Assembly (NCBI GenBank): GCA_003963115.1
Contig: RXJQ01000004.1
Coordinates: 111,511-175,510, forward strand
Source of the DNA: Burkholderiales bacterium
GTDB lineage: Bacteria > Pseudomonadota > Gammaproteobacteria > Burkholderiales > Burkholderiaceae_C
Reading direction: 5' to 3'
Length of the DNA: 64,000 nt
In this document: positions 54,235-62,918 of the stretch, piece after piece
Numbering within the stretch: position 1 is the first letter of the stretch
How the letters are laid out: each line of letters starts with the position of its first letter
Notes under the pieces: generated by a model
Told to the model about the DNA's origin: nothing
The model's database searches: none
The model's input: the letters and a program-made list of their open reading frames with translations, nothing else
Made by a program: the position numbers and the translations under genes

Positions 54235-55305
54235 TCAGTCTGTGGCTTGACGCCGTGAAGGCAGGCGCCAGGTTTGGCCAATGGCCGCCACCTTGAACGC
54301 ATTGTCTGCCATGTGGCGGGCACGCATGGCTGCGGCCAGTGCGCGTGGTGGCTCATCCAGTGCTTCATCGGTCAACTGGAAGGTGCCCCAGTGCACCGCC
54401 AGCGCACGCTTGCAACCCAGGTCTTCGAAGATCTGCACCGATTCGGCCGGGTTGCAATGCTGGTCCTTCATGAACCAGCGCGGTTCATAGGCGCCGATGG
54501 GCAGCAGCGCGATGTCGAAGCCGCCGCCCAACTTGGGTGTTTGCGCGCGGGCAAAGTGCTGGCGGATGTCGATGAAGTCCCTCGAATAGGCCGTGTCGCC
54601 CGCAAAGAAGAGATGGCAGTCGGGGGACATCACGGTGAAGCCGCCCCACAGGCTGCGCAGGGCGTCGGTTGCGGTGCGGGCGGACCAGTGCTGCGCCGGC
54701 GTCAAGGTCACCGGTATGCGGGCGGAACGATCGTCGGCTTCCAGCACATGCGTGTCCCACCAGTCGAGCTCCACCACGCGGTGGATGCCCCTTCGCGCGA
54801 ACCAGTGCTTGTGGCCCAAAGGCGTGATGAACAGCGGGCTGCCACCAGCCTGTCTGGCCAATGCCTCCAGTGAGTCCTCATCCATGTGGTCATAGTGGTT
54901 GTGCGACAGCAGCACCACGTCGACGTGCGGCAGTTGTTCGAGTGTCAGCCCGGGTGGCGTCTGGCGTTTTGGTCCAGCCCATTGCACTGGAAAGCAGCGC
55001 TCCGAGAACACCGGGTCGGTCAGGAAGTTGAGCCCGCCGATCTGGGCCAGCACCGTGATGTGGCCGATCCAGGTCACGGCGGGCTGCATCTTCAAGCCCG
55101 CCTGGGCATTGGCATGGATGAAGTCCATCTCGGGCTGCACCACTGCGATGGGCTCGGTGATCGGCCGCGGATGTCCGGACCGCCACGCTTGCCAGCGCCA
55201 GCGCAGGATCTCATGCCACCGCTTGCCTCTGAACGAGATGTAGTTGTTCTGGAAGCCGTCTGGCCGGTGGTGCTTCTTTGAGGGGTTGTAGTGGGGGTTC
55301 TTCAT
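54235..55305 (-). CDS. Metallo-beta-lactamase-fold hydrolase, NAPE-PLD-like
   Basis: 356 aa. N terminus NPHYNPSKKHHRPDGFQNNY and the metal motif SHNHYDH. Further His/Asp positions are consistent with the MBL fold. Confidence 0.82.
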   Translation of the reverse strand: MKNPHYNPSKKHHRPDGFQNNYISFRGKRWHEILRWRWQAWRSGHPRPITEPIAVVQPEMDFIHANAQAGLKMQPAVTWIGHITVLAQIGGLNFLTDPVFSERCFPVQWAGPKRQTPPGLTLEQLPHVDVVLLSHNHYDHMDEDSLEALARQAGGSPLFITPLGHKHWFARRGIHRVVELDWWDTHVLEADDRSARIPVTLTPAQHWSARTATDALRSLWGGFTVMSPDCHLFFAGDTAYSRDFIDIRQHFARAQTPKLGGGFDIALLPIGAYEPRWFMKDQHCNPAESVQIFEDLGCKRALAVHWGTFQLTDEALDEPPRALAAAMRARHMADNAFKVAAIGQTWRLPSRRQATD

Positions 55306-55334
55306 GCCCCGGGATGATCACACAGCTCCTGGTT

Positions 55335-56684
55335 TCATGCCGGCGTGAGGTTGGCCTGCAGCAGCAGGCGGCGGATGCGCTTGTAGTTCGACCAGTCGAA
55401 CTGTTCCAGGAAATCCATGGCGGACTGAAGTCCCATGTCGAACAGGCGCAGTTTGGTGGCTTTGTCCATGCCGAAATCCAGCCAGCCGATTTCCTTGGTG
55501 TCGATGTAGGCCACCAGTTTGCTGAAGTCTGGGTTGCGGTTGATGAACTCACCGTCCAGCACATGGCGTGCAGAGTTGAAGGACTGGGTGAAGACGTCAA
55601 GCAGGTTCTGGATATCGTGGTTGTGCTCGTCCCACTGCAGTTTCACACCGAAAGTGGGGCGCAGGGGGACACGTTCGCTGTTGTGGAAGGCGTCAATCGG
55701 GAAGTTGGACAACACGCCGCCATCCACGAAATGGTGAACCTTGGGCAAGAACTGGCCTCCCAGACTTTCCTCGGGCCAGTTGGGCATGGCTTCACGCCAG
55801 ATGCCGCGAATGTTGTCGTCAACGGGACGCGATGGAACTTTGTAGGTCGCGAAGAAACCTGGGATGGACATGGATGCTCTCGCGAATTCCGCCACGTTGA
55901 CGGATGGCGGGTCTGACCAGTACAGATTGGCCATGCGCGGGAACGCGATCTTGCTCTCGGTGGAGATGTCTGCGCTGATCACGCAAAGCTGGTCCTTGTC
56001 TGCATGCCTGTTGAGCTGGCGACGCCCATCGGGCTGCACGGTGTAAGGGCACAGGGCCGCAATGGGGAAGTCGTCCGCGAGTGCCGAGTCGCATACCCAC
56101 AAGTCTGGCAGATCGTTCATGCGTTGACGCAGGCTTGCCACCGTCATGGGTTGCTCGCCATTGAGACGGCGAAGCAACTGGTCCATCCAGTTCTTGAACG
56201 CGTCACCTCGATTGAGTGCCTGGATTTCATGCAGGTTGTCGAGGACCTGCGCTGTGAGCCAGGCCTTGGCCAACGCGCCCCGCTTGTTGAGCCACGCGTC
56301 CACCACATTGATTGCGTCGCTGTCGCCATCCTTGCGCCCATCCACAAAGCTGCGCATGGGCATGTTGGCGAGCTCGTCCATCAACTTGTCCAGTCTGGAT
56401 TCAGACGGTTTGCCTGCGGCAGCCAAGGCAATGGCGGAGACTGCACCGGCCGATGTGCCGCCAATTCCGATGAAGCGCAAGCCGGCTTGTTCGAGCACGT
56501 AGATGTAGCCCAGAAGTGCGATGCCCAGGGTGCCGCCACCTTCGAGGACCAGGTCAATGTACTGATTGCCCTCGCCGTCAACGATGTCGCTGTACTGGTT
56601 CTTCTTGAGTGCGGCAATGCGTGCCTGATAAGGCGCGGCCGCATCAAGAAAGTCTTGCCTGGTGGTGTTGATCTGGTCCGGCAT
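55335..56684 (-). CDS. Patatin-like phospholipase with unassigned C-terminal region
   Basis: Oxyanion GGGTLG (aa 49-54), nucleophile GTSAG (aa 76-80), catalytic Asp in VDGGV (aa 321). About 110 aa beyond the catalytic Asp are unassigned. AGGGGAG RBS. Confidence 0.88.
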   Translation of the reverse strand: MPDQINTTRQDFLDAAAPYQARIAALKKNQYSDIVDGEGNQYIDLVLEGGGTLGIALLGYIYVLEQAGLRFIGIGGTSAGAVSAIALAAAGKPSESRLDKLMDELANMPMRSFVDGRKDGDSDAINVVDAWLNKRGALAKAWLTAQVLDNLHEIQALNRGDAFKNWMDQLLRRLNGEQPMTVASLRQRMNDLPDLWVCDSALADDFPIAALCPYTVQPDGRRQLNRHADKDQLCVISADISTESKIAFPRMANLYWSDPPSVNVAEFARASMSIPGFFATYKVPSRPVDDNIRGIWREAMPNWPEESLGGQFLPKVHHFVDGGVLSNFPIDAFHNSERVPLRPTFGVKLQWDEHNHDIQNLLDVFTQSFNSARHVLDGEFINRNPDFSKLVAYIDTKEIGWLDFGMDKATKLRLFDMGLQSAMDFLEQFDWSNYKRIRRLLLQANLTPA

Positions 56685-56748
56685 GGCGAACGCTCCCCTT
56701 GTCGTGGTGGATGACAGCCACGTTATGCTTGCACCAATGCCTTACCAA

Positions 56749-56764
56749 CCCCTAAAGATAGGGG
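56749..56764. repeat. Small hairpin motif CCCCTAAAGATAGGGG
   Basis: Read directly. 6-bp stem with an AAGA loop. Lies between the fumA terminator and the patatin start. Confidence 0.6.
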
Positions 56765-56765
56765 T

Positions 56766-56801
56766 AAGAAAAAGCCCCGGCATGCAGTGCATGACGAGGC
56801 T
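56766..56801 (-). terminator. Rho-independent (bidirectional-looking) terminator of fumA
   Basis: Minus strand reads AGCCTCGTCATGC-ACT-GCATGCCGGGGCT (12 paired positions, one mismatch) followed by TTTTCTT. An A-tract precedes it and a T-tract follows it on the plus strand. Confidence 0.8.
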
Positions 56802-56838
56802 CTTTTTTCCGCTGATGCGGTATAGGCTGTTCAGCTCA

Positions 56839-58365
56839 TCAGGCCACGGCCACAGGGATCTTGCCGATCTTGGCCTGCCAGACCTTGGGCCCTTCGATGT
56901 GGGCGCTGGTGCCGCCGCTGTCCACGGCCACGGTCACCGGCATGTCGACCACGTCGAACTCGTAGATGGCTTCCATGCCGAGGTCCTCAAAGCCCACGAC
57001 CTTGGCGTTCTTGATGGCCTTGGACACGAGGTACGCGGCGCCGCCCACGGCCATCAGGTAGGCCGACTTGTGTTTCCTGATCGACTCGATGGCGACCGGG
57101 CCGCGCTCAGCCTTGCCGATCATGGTGATCAGCCCGGTCTTCTCCAGCATCATGTCGGTGAACTTGTCCATGCGGGTGGCGGTGGTGGGGCCTGCAGGGC
57201 CGACCACTTCATCGCGCACCGGGTCAACGGGGCCCACGTAGTAGATCGCGCGGTTGGTGAAGTCAACGGGCAGCTTCTCGCCCTTGGCCAGCATGTCCTG
57301 GATGCGCTTGTGGGCGGCATCACGGCCGGTGAGCATCTTGCCGTTGAGCAGCAGGGTGTCGCCCGGCTTCCAGCTGGCGACTTCTTCCTTGGTCAGCTTG
57401 TTGAGGTCCACGCGCTTGGACTTGTTGTAGTCCGGTGCCCAGTGCACGTCAGGCCACAGGTCCAGGCTGGGCGGATCCAGGTAGACGGGGCCCGAGCCAT
57501 CCAGCACGAAGTGCGCATGGCGGGTGGCTGCACAGTTCGGGATCATGGCGATGGGCTTGGAGGCCGCGTGCGTGGGCCAGGTCTTGATCTTCACGTCCAG
57601 CACGGTGGTCAGGCCACCCAGGCCTTGCGCGCCAATGCCCAGGGCATTGACCTTCTCGTACAGCTCGATGCGCAACTCCTCCAGCTTGTTTTGCGGGCCG
57701 CGCGCCAGCAGCTCGTACATGTCGATGTCGTCCATCAGCGACTCTTTGGCCAGCAGCGCAGCCTTTTCGGCCGTACCGCCCACGCCGATGCCCAGCATGC
57801 CGGGCGGGCACCAGCCAGCGCCCATGGTCGGCACGGTCTTGAGCACCCAGTCCACGATGTTGTCGGACGGGTTGAGCATGTAGAGCTTGGACTTGTTCTC
57901 CGAGCCGCCACCTTTGGCTGCGACGGTCACGTCCACCGTGTCGCCGGGCACCAGTTCCATGAAGACCACGGCTGGCGTGTTGTCTTTGGTGTTCTTGCGT
58001 TCGAAGATGGGATCAGACAGCACCGAGGCGCGCAGCTTGTTGTCGGGGTTCAGATAGCCCTTGCGCACACCGTCGTCCACGGCTTCCTGGATGCTGCGGG
58101 CGCCGAAGCCATCCCACTTCACGTTCATGCCGATCTTGAGGAACACGTTGACGATGCCTGTGTCCTGGCAGATGGGGCGATGGCCTTCTGCGCACATGCG
58201 CGAGTTGGTCAGGATCTGGGCGATGGCGTCCTTGGCGGCGGCGCTTTCTTCGCGCTCGTAGGCACGCGCCAGGTGGGCGATGTAATCGGTGGGGTGGTAG
58301 TAGCTGATGTATTGCAGCGCGGCTGCGACACTTTCAACGAGGTCATCGTAGCGAATGGTCGTCAT
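56839..58365 (-). CDS. fumA: Class I (Fe-S) fumarate hydratase
   Basis: 508-aa single-chain class I fumarase. N-terminal alpha region (CQDTG) and C-terminal beta region (GKAERGP, GGAAYL). Confidence 0.92.
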   Translation of the reverse strand: MTTIRYDDLVESVAAALQYISYYHPTDYIAHLARAYEREESAAAKDAIAQILTNSRMCAEGHRPICQDTGIVNVFLKIGMNVKWDGFGARSIQEAVDDGVRKGYLNPDNKLRASVLSDPIFERKNTKDNTPAVVFMELVPGDTVDVTVAAKGGGSENKSKLYMLNPSDNIVDWVLKTVPTMGAGWCPPGMLGIGVGGTAEKAALLAKESLMDDIDMYELLARGPQNKLEELRIELYEKVNALGIGAQGLGGLTTVLDVKIKTWPTHAASKPIAMIPNCAATRHAHFVLDGSGPVYLDPPSLDLWPDVHWAPDYNKSKRVDLNKLTKEEVASWKPGDTLLLNGKMLTGRDAAHKRIQDMLAKGEKLPVDFTNRAIYYVGPVDPVRDEVVGPAGPTTATRMDKFTDMMLEKTGLITMIGKAERGPVAIESIRKHKSAYLMAVGGAAYLVSKAIKNAKVVGFEDLGMEAIYEFDVVDMPVTVAVDSGGTSAHIEGPKVWQAKIGKIPVAVA

Positions 58366-58426
58366 GGCAGTGGCCTTTTTGGGGCGGTATGAGCAAGGGG
58401 AGGTCAGACCGCAATTTTAGCGGCTG

Positions 58427-59029
58427 TCAATGTTTCTCGTGCGACGCACCCGCGGCATGCAGGATGCGGTCCGTCATCGCGATCGCCATGGCCGACAGCA
58501 GGAAGGCGATATGGATGCTGGTCTGGGCGATCAGGACCTTGTCCGAATAGTTCTCGGCGTTGATGAAGGTCTTGAGCAGGTGGATGGACGAGATGCCGAT
58601 GATGGCCGTGCCCAGCTTGACCTTGAGCACCGACGCGTTGACATGGTCCAGCCATTCGGGCTGATCGGGGTGCGACTCCAGGTTCATGCGCGAAACGAAG
58701 GTCTCATAGCCGCCCACGATCACCATGATCAGGAGGTTGGAAATCATCACCACGTCGATCAGGCCAAGCACGACCAGCATGATCGTGGTTTCGGTCAGGT
58801 GCGTGGGGACTTCGGCGCCGTGCTGGCCCGATGCTTCGAAGATGGCCCTGAGCGCATCCTGGTTACCCAGCGCGGCCTCCACCAGATGGATCAGCTCGAT
58901 CCAGAAGTGGTAGACATAGACCACCTGCGCCAGGATCAGTCCGATGTACAGCGGCAACTGGAGCCATCGGCTGGCGAAGATGAAGGTCGGCAAAAAGCCT
59001 GTTTTCGTTGAGGGTCGCGGGTGGCTCAT
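58427..59029 (-). CDS. yqhA: YqhA-family (UPF0114) membrane protein
   Basis: 200 aa from ATG 59029. [18 protein letters not shown] start and 3-4 TM segments. Confidence 0.78.
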   Translation of the reverse strand: MSHPRPSTKTGFLPTFIFASRWLQLPLYIGLILAQVVYVYHFWIELIHLVEAALGNQDALRAIFEASGQHGAEVPTHLTETTIMLVVLGLIDVVMISNLLIMVIVGGYETFVSRMNLESHPDQPEWLDHVNASVLKVKLGTAIIGISSIHLLKTFINAENYSDKVLIAQTSIHIAFLLSAMAIAMTDRILHAAGASHEKH

Positions 59030-59215
59030 GGCTTGGATGGAAAAGAAGCGAAACGGACGCCGCCATTCTAGATTTGCCTCGCTTGTCGGCAACCGAGTGG
59101 CCCGCGCGTGACAATATTCCGCAAGCCACGACAAACCATCTTGGTGCAGCGAGCCGGCAGGGCGCGCTTCGTTCAGAATCGAACTGCGCTTGACCCGTGA
59201 TGCGCTGACTGTTTT

Positions 59216-60541
59216 TTGCCGGACTTAGCTACCTTGACGACTCAAGCCGCCCACTCGACCAATGTCCACTACCTGGACCACGTCATGACCGTGGCCGAGG
59301 AGCGTCAGGTCGAGGCCACCGAAGACATCTATTCCGAGAACGGGATGAAGCTCGTGGCCAAGGGCTATGCCATCAACCGTTCCATGCGCGATCGCTTGAT
59401 CGAGCACAAGCTCATCAAGCCCCTCGAAGACTGCATGGCCGTGTCCGATGGCGTGACGGGCAAGCGTTGCGCAGAGACGGCCGAGCGCATGCTCGACACC
59501 TATCCCGTGTTGCGTGCCATGTGCACGTCAGAGCGGCGTGCCAGTCCTGTCCAGCTGATTGCAGACAGTACCTTCGCGGGGCGTCTGCAAACGCTGCTGA
59601 CCGTCTACACTGAACACCAGGCCGGCAAGCTGGACCACGCCGTCTGCGTGGCCCTGGTGGCGCTGAGCCTGACGCAGCGCATGATGCCCGGTGAGACCGA
59701 TGCGCTCAGCGTGATGCTGGTGGCGGCCCTGAGCCATGACGTGGGCGAGCTCTACATCGACCCCCAATACCTGCAGAAAGGGGCGGAGCTGGGCCCCAAG
59801 GAATGGCGCCACATCGCGGCCCATCCGGTGATCGCCAACAACCTGCTCAAAGACCTGACGGGCCTGGCCAAGCCTGCGGCCGCGCTGATCATGGATCACC
59901 ATGAGCGCCTGGATGGCTTTGGCTATCCGCAAGGCCTGCGCTCGGGCGAGGTGTCCGAGCATTCGCAGATCCTGGCCGTGGCCGAAATGCTGGGCGGCAT
60001 GCTGGACAAGGGCGGTGGGCTCCTGCAGCAGGCGGAGGTGGCCGTTAAGCTCATCCATGGCGAGTTCAGTCGCCCCGTGATCGATGTGGTGAGCCGCACC
60101 TTCCAGGAATACCGCGAGGTCGATGCCGCCACCAACAATGAAGCCCTGCGCGATGCGCTGACCCGCTCCCGCGAGCTGGGAGAACGGCTGGACGGCATCC
60201 TGCGCGTTCAAGACAGCTACAAGCCGATGTTCGACCGCGGCAGCCCACCATTCAAGTTCCTGTGGCGTCACGCCGCCGAGCGTTTCGAAAGCATCCGACG
60301 TGCGTGGTCCAGCACGGGCCTGGACGTGCAACCCGAAGGCAGTTGGTTGACGGGTGAGCCCACGGCCATGCAGCGCGAGGTGGCCATCATCCAGAAGGAA
60401 ATCAACTGGCGACTCAAGGAGCTGGACCGGGAGTTGCATGCCCGCGTGATCCGGTTGGCGGCGGGTGATCTGCCCATGCTAGAGCGCTATCTCAAGGACG
60501 TCCGGGCCTTGGCGACAGATGCCGAATCCGTGACCACTTGA
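59216..60541 (+). CDS. HD-GYP domain c-di-GMP phosphodiesterase-like protein
   Basis: HD ([10 protein letters not shown]) and [13 protein letters not shown] motifs. The flanking N- and C-terminal regions are unassigned. The start is uncertain (TTG 59216 or ATG 59285). Confidence 0.82.
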   Translation: MPDLATLTTQAAHSTNVHYLDHVMTVAEERQVEATEDIYSENGMKLVAKGYAINRSMRDRLIEHKLIKPLEDCMAVSDGVTGKRCAETAERMLDTYPVLRAMCTSERRASPVQLIADSTFAGRLQTLLTVYTEHQAGKLDHAVCVALVALSLTQRMMPGETDALSVMLVAALSHDVGELYIDPQYLQKGAELGPKEWRHIAAHPVIANNLLKDLTGLAKPAAALIMDHHERLDGFGYPQGLRSGEVSEHSQILAVAEMLGGMLDKGGGLLQQAEVAVKLIHGEFSRPVIDVVSRTFQEYREVDAATNNEALRDALTRSRELGERLDGILRVQDSYKPMFDRGSPPFKFLWRHAAERFESIRRAWSSTGLDVQPEGSWLTGEPTAMQREVAIIQKEINWRLKELDRELHARVIRLAAGDLPMLERYLKDVRALATDAESVTT

Positions 60542-60721
60542 GCTGGCGCAATAGCAGGTTTCGCATCGGACTTTGACCTACAGAGTCTTGGGGATATTAC
60601 TTAGTTCCAACGTTCCGGGAAGGGCGCATGGTGGCGAGTTGGCAAACTCTGTCTGCAACCCAGACAAGGTTTGACCGATTGAAACCGCAGCGTCACAAGC
60701 GCTGCCAGCTGGAGTTAAAAC

Positions 60722-62704
60722 ATGACTGGCCCGACCGAAACAAACCATTCGAGCAAGCAATATCCCGTTCCCGAGGCATTCGCCCGCACCGCCCACATTG
60801 GTAGCCGTGCGGCCTACGACAAGCTCTGCGCCGACGCGCAAAGCGACTACCAGGGCTACTGGGCTGGCTTGGCCAAGCAGCACCTGAGCTGGCACAAGCC
60901 CTTCACCAAGAGCCTGGACGAGTCGAACGCACCGTTCTACAAGTGGTTCGAGGATGGCGAGCTCAACGCCTCGTACAACTGCCTGGACCGCAACATTGAA
61001 GCGGGCCTGGGTGACAAGACCGCGATCATCTTCGAGGCCGACGATGGCCAGGTGACCCACGTCAGCTACAGCGAACTGCTCAAGCGCGTCTCGAGGCTGG
61101 CCAATGCCCTGAAGGCGCAAGGCGTCAAGAAGGGCGACCGCGTGGTGCTGTACCTGCCCATGTCGGTCGAAGGCGTCGTGGCCATGCAGGCCTGTGCGCG
61201 CATCGGCGCCACGCACTCCGTGGTGTTTGGCGGCTTCTCGGCGCAAAGCCTGCGTGACCGCATCGAGGACGCCGGCGCCGTGCTGGTCATCACCGCCGAT
61301 GAGCAACTGCGCGGCGGCAAGGCGCTGCCCCTCAAGGCCATCGTCGATGAAGCCCTGGCGCTAGGCGGCTGCGACAGCGTGCGCAACGTGATCGTGTGGC
61401 GTCGCACGGGCGGCAACGTGCCTTTCGTGGCGGGCCGTGACCTGTGGCTGCACGACGTGACGGCAGCGCAATCGGATGTCTGCGCACCTGAGTGGGTGTC
61501 GGCCGAGCACCCGCTGTTCCTGCTCTACACCTCGGGCTCGACAGGCAAGCCCAAAGGGGTTCAGCACAGCACGGGTGGTTATTTGCTGCATGCCGCGGTG
61601 ACCACCAAGTGGACCTTCGACCTCAAGTCCAATGACGTTTTCTGGTGCACGGCCGACATCGGCTGGGTGACCGGCCACACCTACGTGGCTTACGGCCCTC
61701 TGGCCACCGGTGGCACGCAAGTCGTCTTCGAAGGCGTGCCCACCTATCCGGATGCCGCCCGCTTCTGGCGCATGATCCAGTCCCACAAGGTCTCGATCTT
61801 CTACACGGCGCCCACGGCGATCCGCGCGCTCATCAAGGCGGCCGAGTCCAATGAAGCCGTGCACCCACGCAACTTCGATCTCAGCAGCCTGCGCCTGCTG
61901 GGCACGGTGGGTGAGCCTATCAACCCCGCCGCCTGGGAGTGGTACCACCGCGAAATCGGCGGGGGCCGCTGCCCCATCGTCGACACCTTCTGGCAGACCG
62001 AAACCGGTGGCCACATGATCACGCCGCTGCCCGGTGCCCATGCGCTGACGCCGGGCTCGTGCTCCTTGCCGTTCCCCGGCATCGACGCCGCCGTTGTGGA
62101 CGAGACGGGCAAGGAAGTGCCGTGGGGGCAGGGCGGTGTGCTGGTGGTACGCAAACCCTGGCCTTCGATGATTCGCACCATCTGGGGCGACCCCGAGCGC
62201 TTCAAGAAGAGCTACTACCCTGCCGACTTCCAGGGCAAGTACTACCTGGCTGGTGATGGCGCCATCCGCGACGAGCAGACCGGCTACTTCACCATCACCG
62301 GCCGCATCGACGATGTGCTCAATGTGTCCGGCCACCGCATGGGCACGATGGAGATCGAGTCGGCACTGGTGTCGCACCCTCTGGTGGCCGAGGCCGCCGT
62401 GGTGGGGCGCCCGGACGACCTCACGGGCGAGGCCATCTGCGCCTTCGTGGTGCTCAAGCGCCCGCGCCCCACAGGTGACGAAGCCAAGCAATTGGCCAAC
62501 GAGTTGCGCAACCACGTGGCGCAGGAGATCGGGCCGATTGCCAAGCCCAAGGACATCCGCTTCGGCGATAACCTGCCCAAGACCCGTTCGGGCAAGATCA
62601 TGCGGCGCCTGCTGCGTGTGGTTGCCAAAGGCGAGCCGGTGACCCAGGACACCAGTACCCTTGAAAACCCGGCGATTCTCGATCAGCTCGCTCAGAGTAA
62701 TTGA
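60722..62704 (+). CDS. acs: Acetyl-CoA synthetase
   Basis: 660 aa. AMP-binding motif [19 protein letters not shown]-like FWQTETGG, C-terminal [11 protein letters not shown]. Confidence 0.95.
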   Translation: MTGPTETNHSSKQYPVPEAFARTAHIGSRAAYDKLCADAQSDYQGYWAGLAKQHLSWHKPFTKSLDESNAPFYKWFEDGELNASYNCLDRNIEAGLGDKTAIIFEADDGQVTHVSYSELLKRVSRLANALKAQGVKKGDRVVLYLPMSVEGVVAMQACARIGATHSVVFGGFSAQSLRDRIEDAGAVLVITADEQLRGGKALPLKAIVDEALALGGCDSVRNVIVWRRTGGNVPFVAGRDLWLHDVTAAQSDVCAPEWVSAEHPLFLLYTSGSTGKPKGVQHSTGGYLLHAAVTTKWTFDLKSNDVFWCTADIGWVTGHTYVAYGPLATGGTQVVFEGVPTYPDAARFWRMIQSHKVSIFYTAPTAIRALIKAAESNEAVHPRNFDLSSLRLLGTVGEPINPAAWEWYHREIGGGRCPIVDTFWQTETGGHMITPLPGAHALTPGSCSLPFPGIDAAVVDETGKEVPWGQGGVLVVRKPWPSMIRTIWGDPERFKKSYYPADFQGKYYLAGDGAIRDEQTGYFTITGRIDDVLNVSGHRMGTMEIESALVSHPLVAEAAVVGRPDDLTGEAICAFVVLKRPRPTGDEAKQLANELRNHVAQEIGPIAKPKDIRFGDNLPKTRSGKIMRRLLRVVAKGEPVTQDTSTLENPAILDQLAQSN

Positions 62705-62739
62705 AAATCTGTATTCTCAAATACGGCTCAAAATGAAAA

Positions 62740-62775
62740 CCCCTGATGTCAAAACATCGGGGGTTTTTTCTTTCT
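62740..62775 (+). terminator. Rho-independent terminator of acs
   Basis: CCCCTGATG-TCAAAA-CATCGGGGG (9 bp, one G-U pair) followed by TTTTTTCTTTCT. Lies 36 nt after the stop. Confidence 0.88.
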
Positions 62776-62826
62776 GGTGAAAACCCGATGCGAGGGTATG
62801 TGCATTTCGCCCAACTACTAGGCATT

Positions 62827-62871
62827 CACCCTCATTACATTTGATAACAGACCCCCCCTATATTGAGGGTG
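62827..62871. repeat. 8-bp inverted repeat CACCCTCA-N29-TGAGGGTG upstream of the MFS gene
   Basis: Read directly. It brackets an AT-rich spacer (TTACATTTGATAACAG...) and lies about 50-90 nt upstream of ATG 62919. Confidence 0.55.
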
Positions 62872-62918
62872 GGTGCGCCACAAGCGTGCCTACTTCTGCA
62901 ATTCGAGGAGCTATCAAC

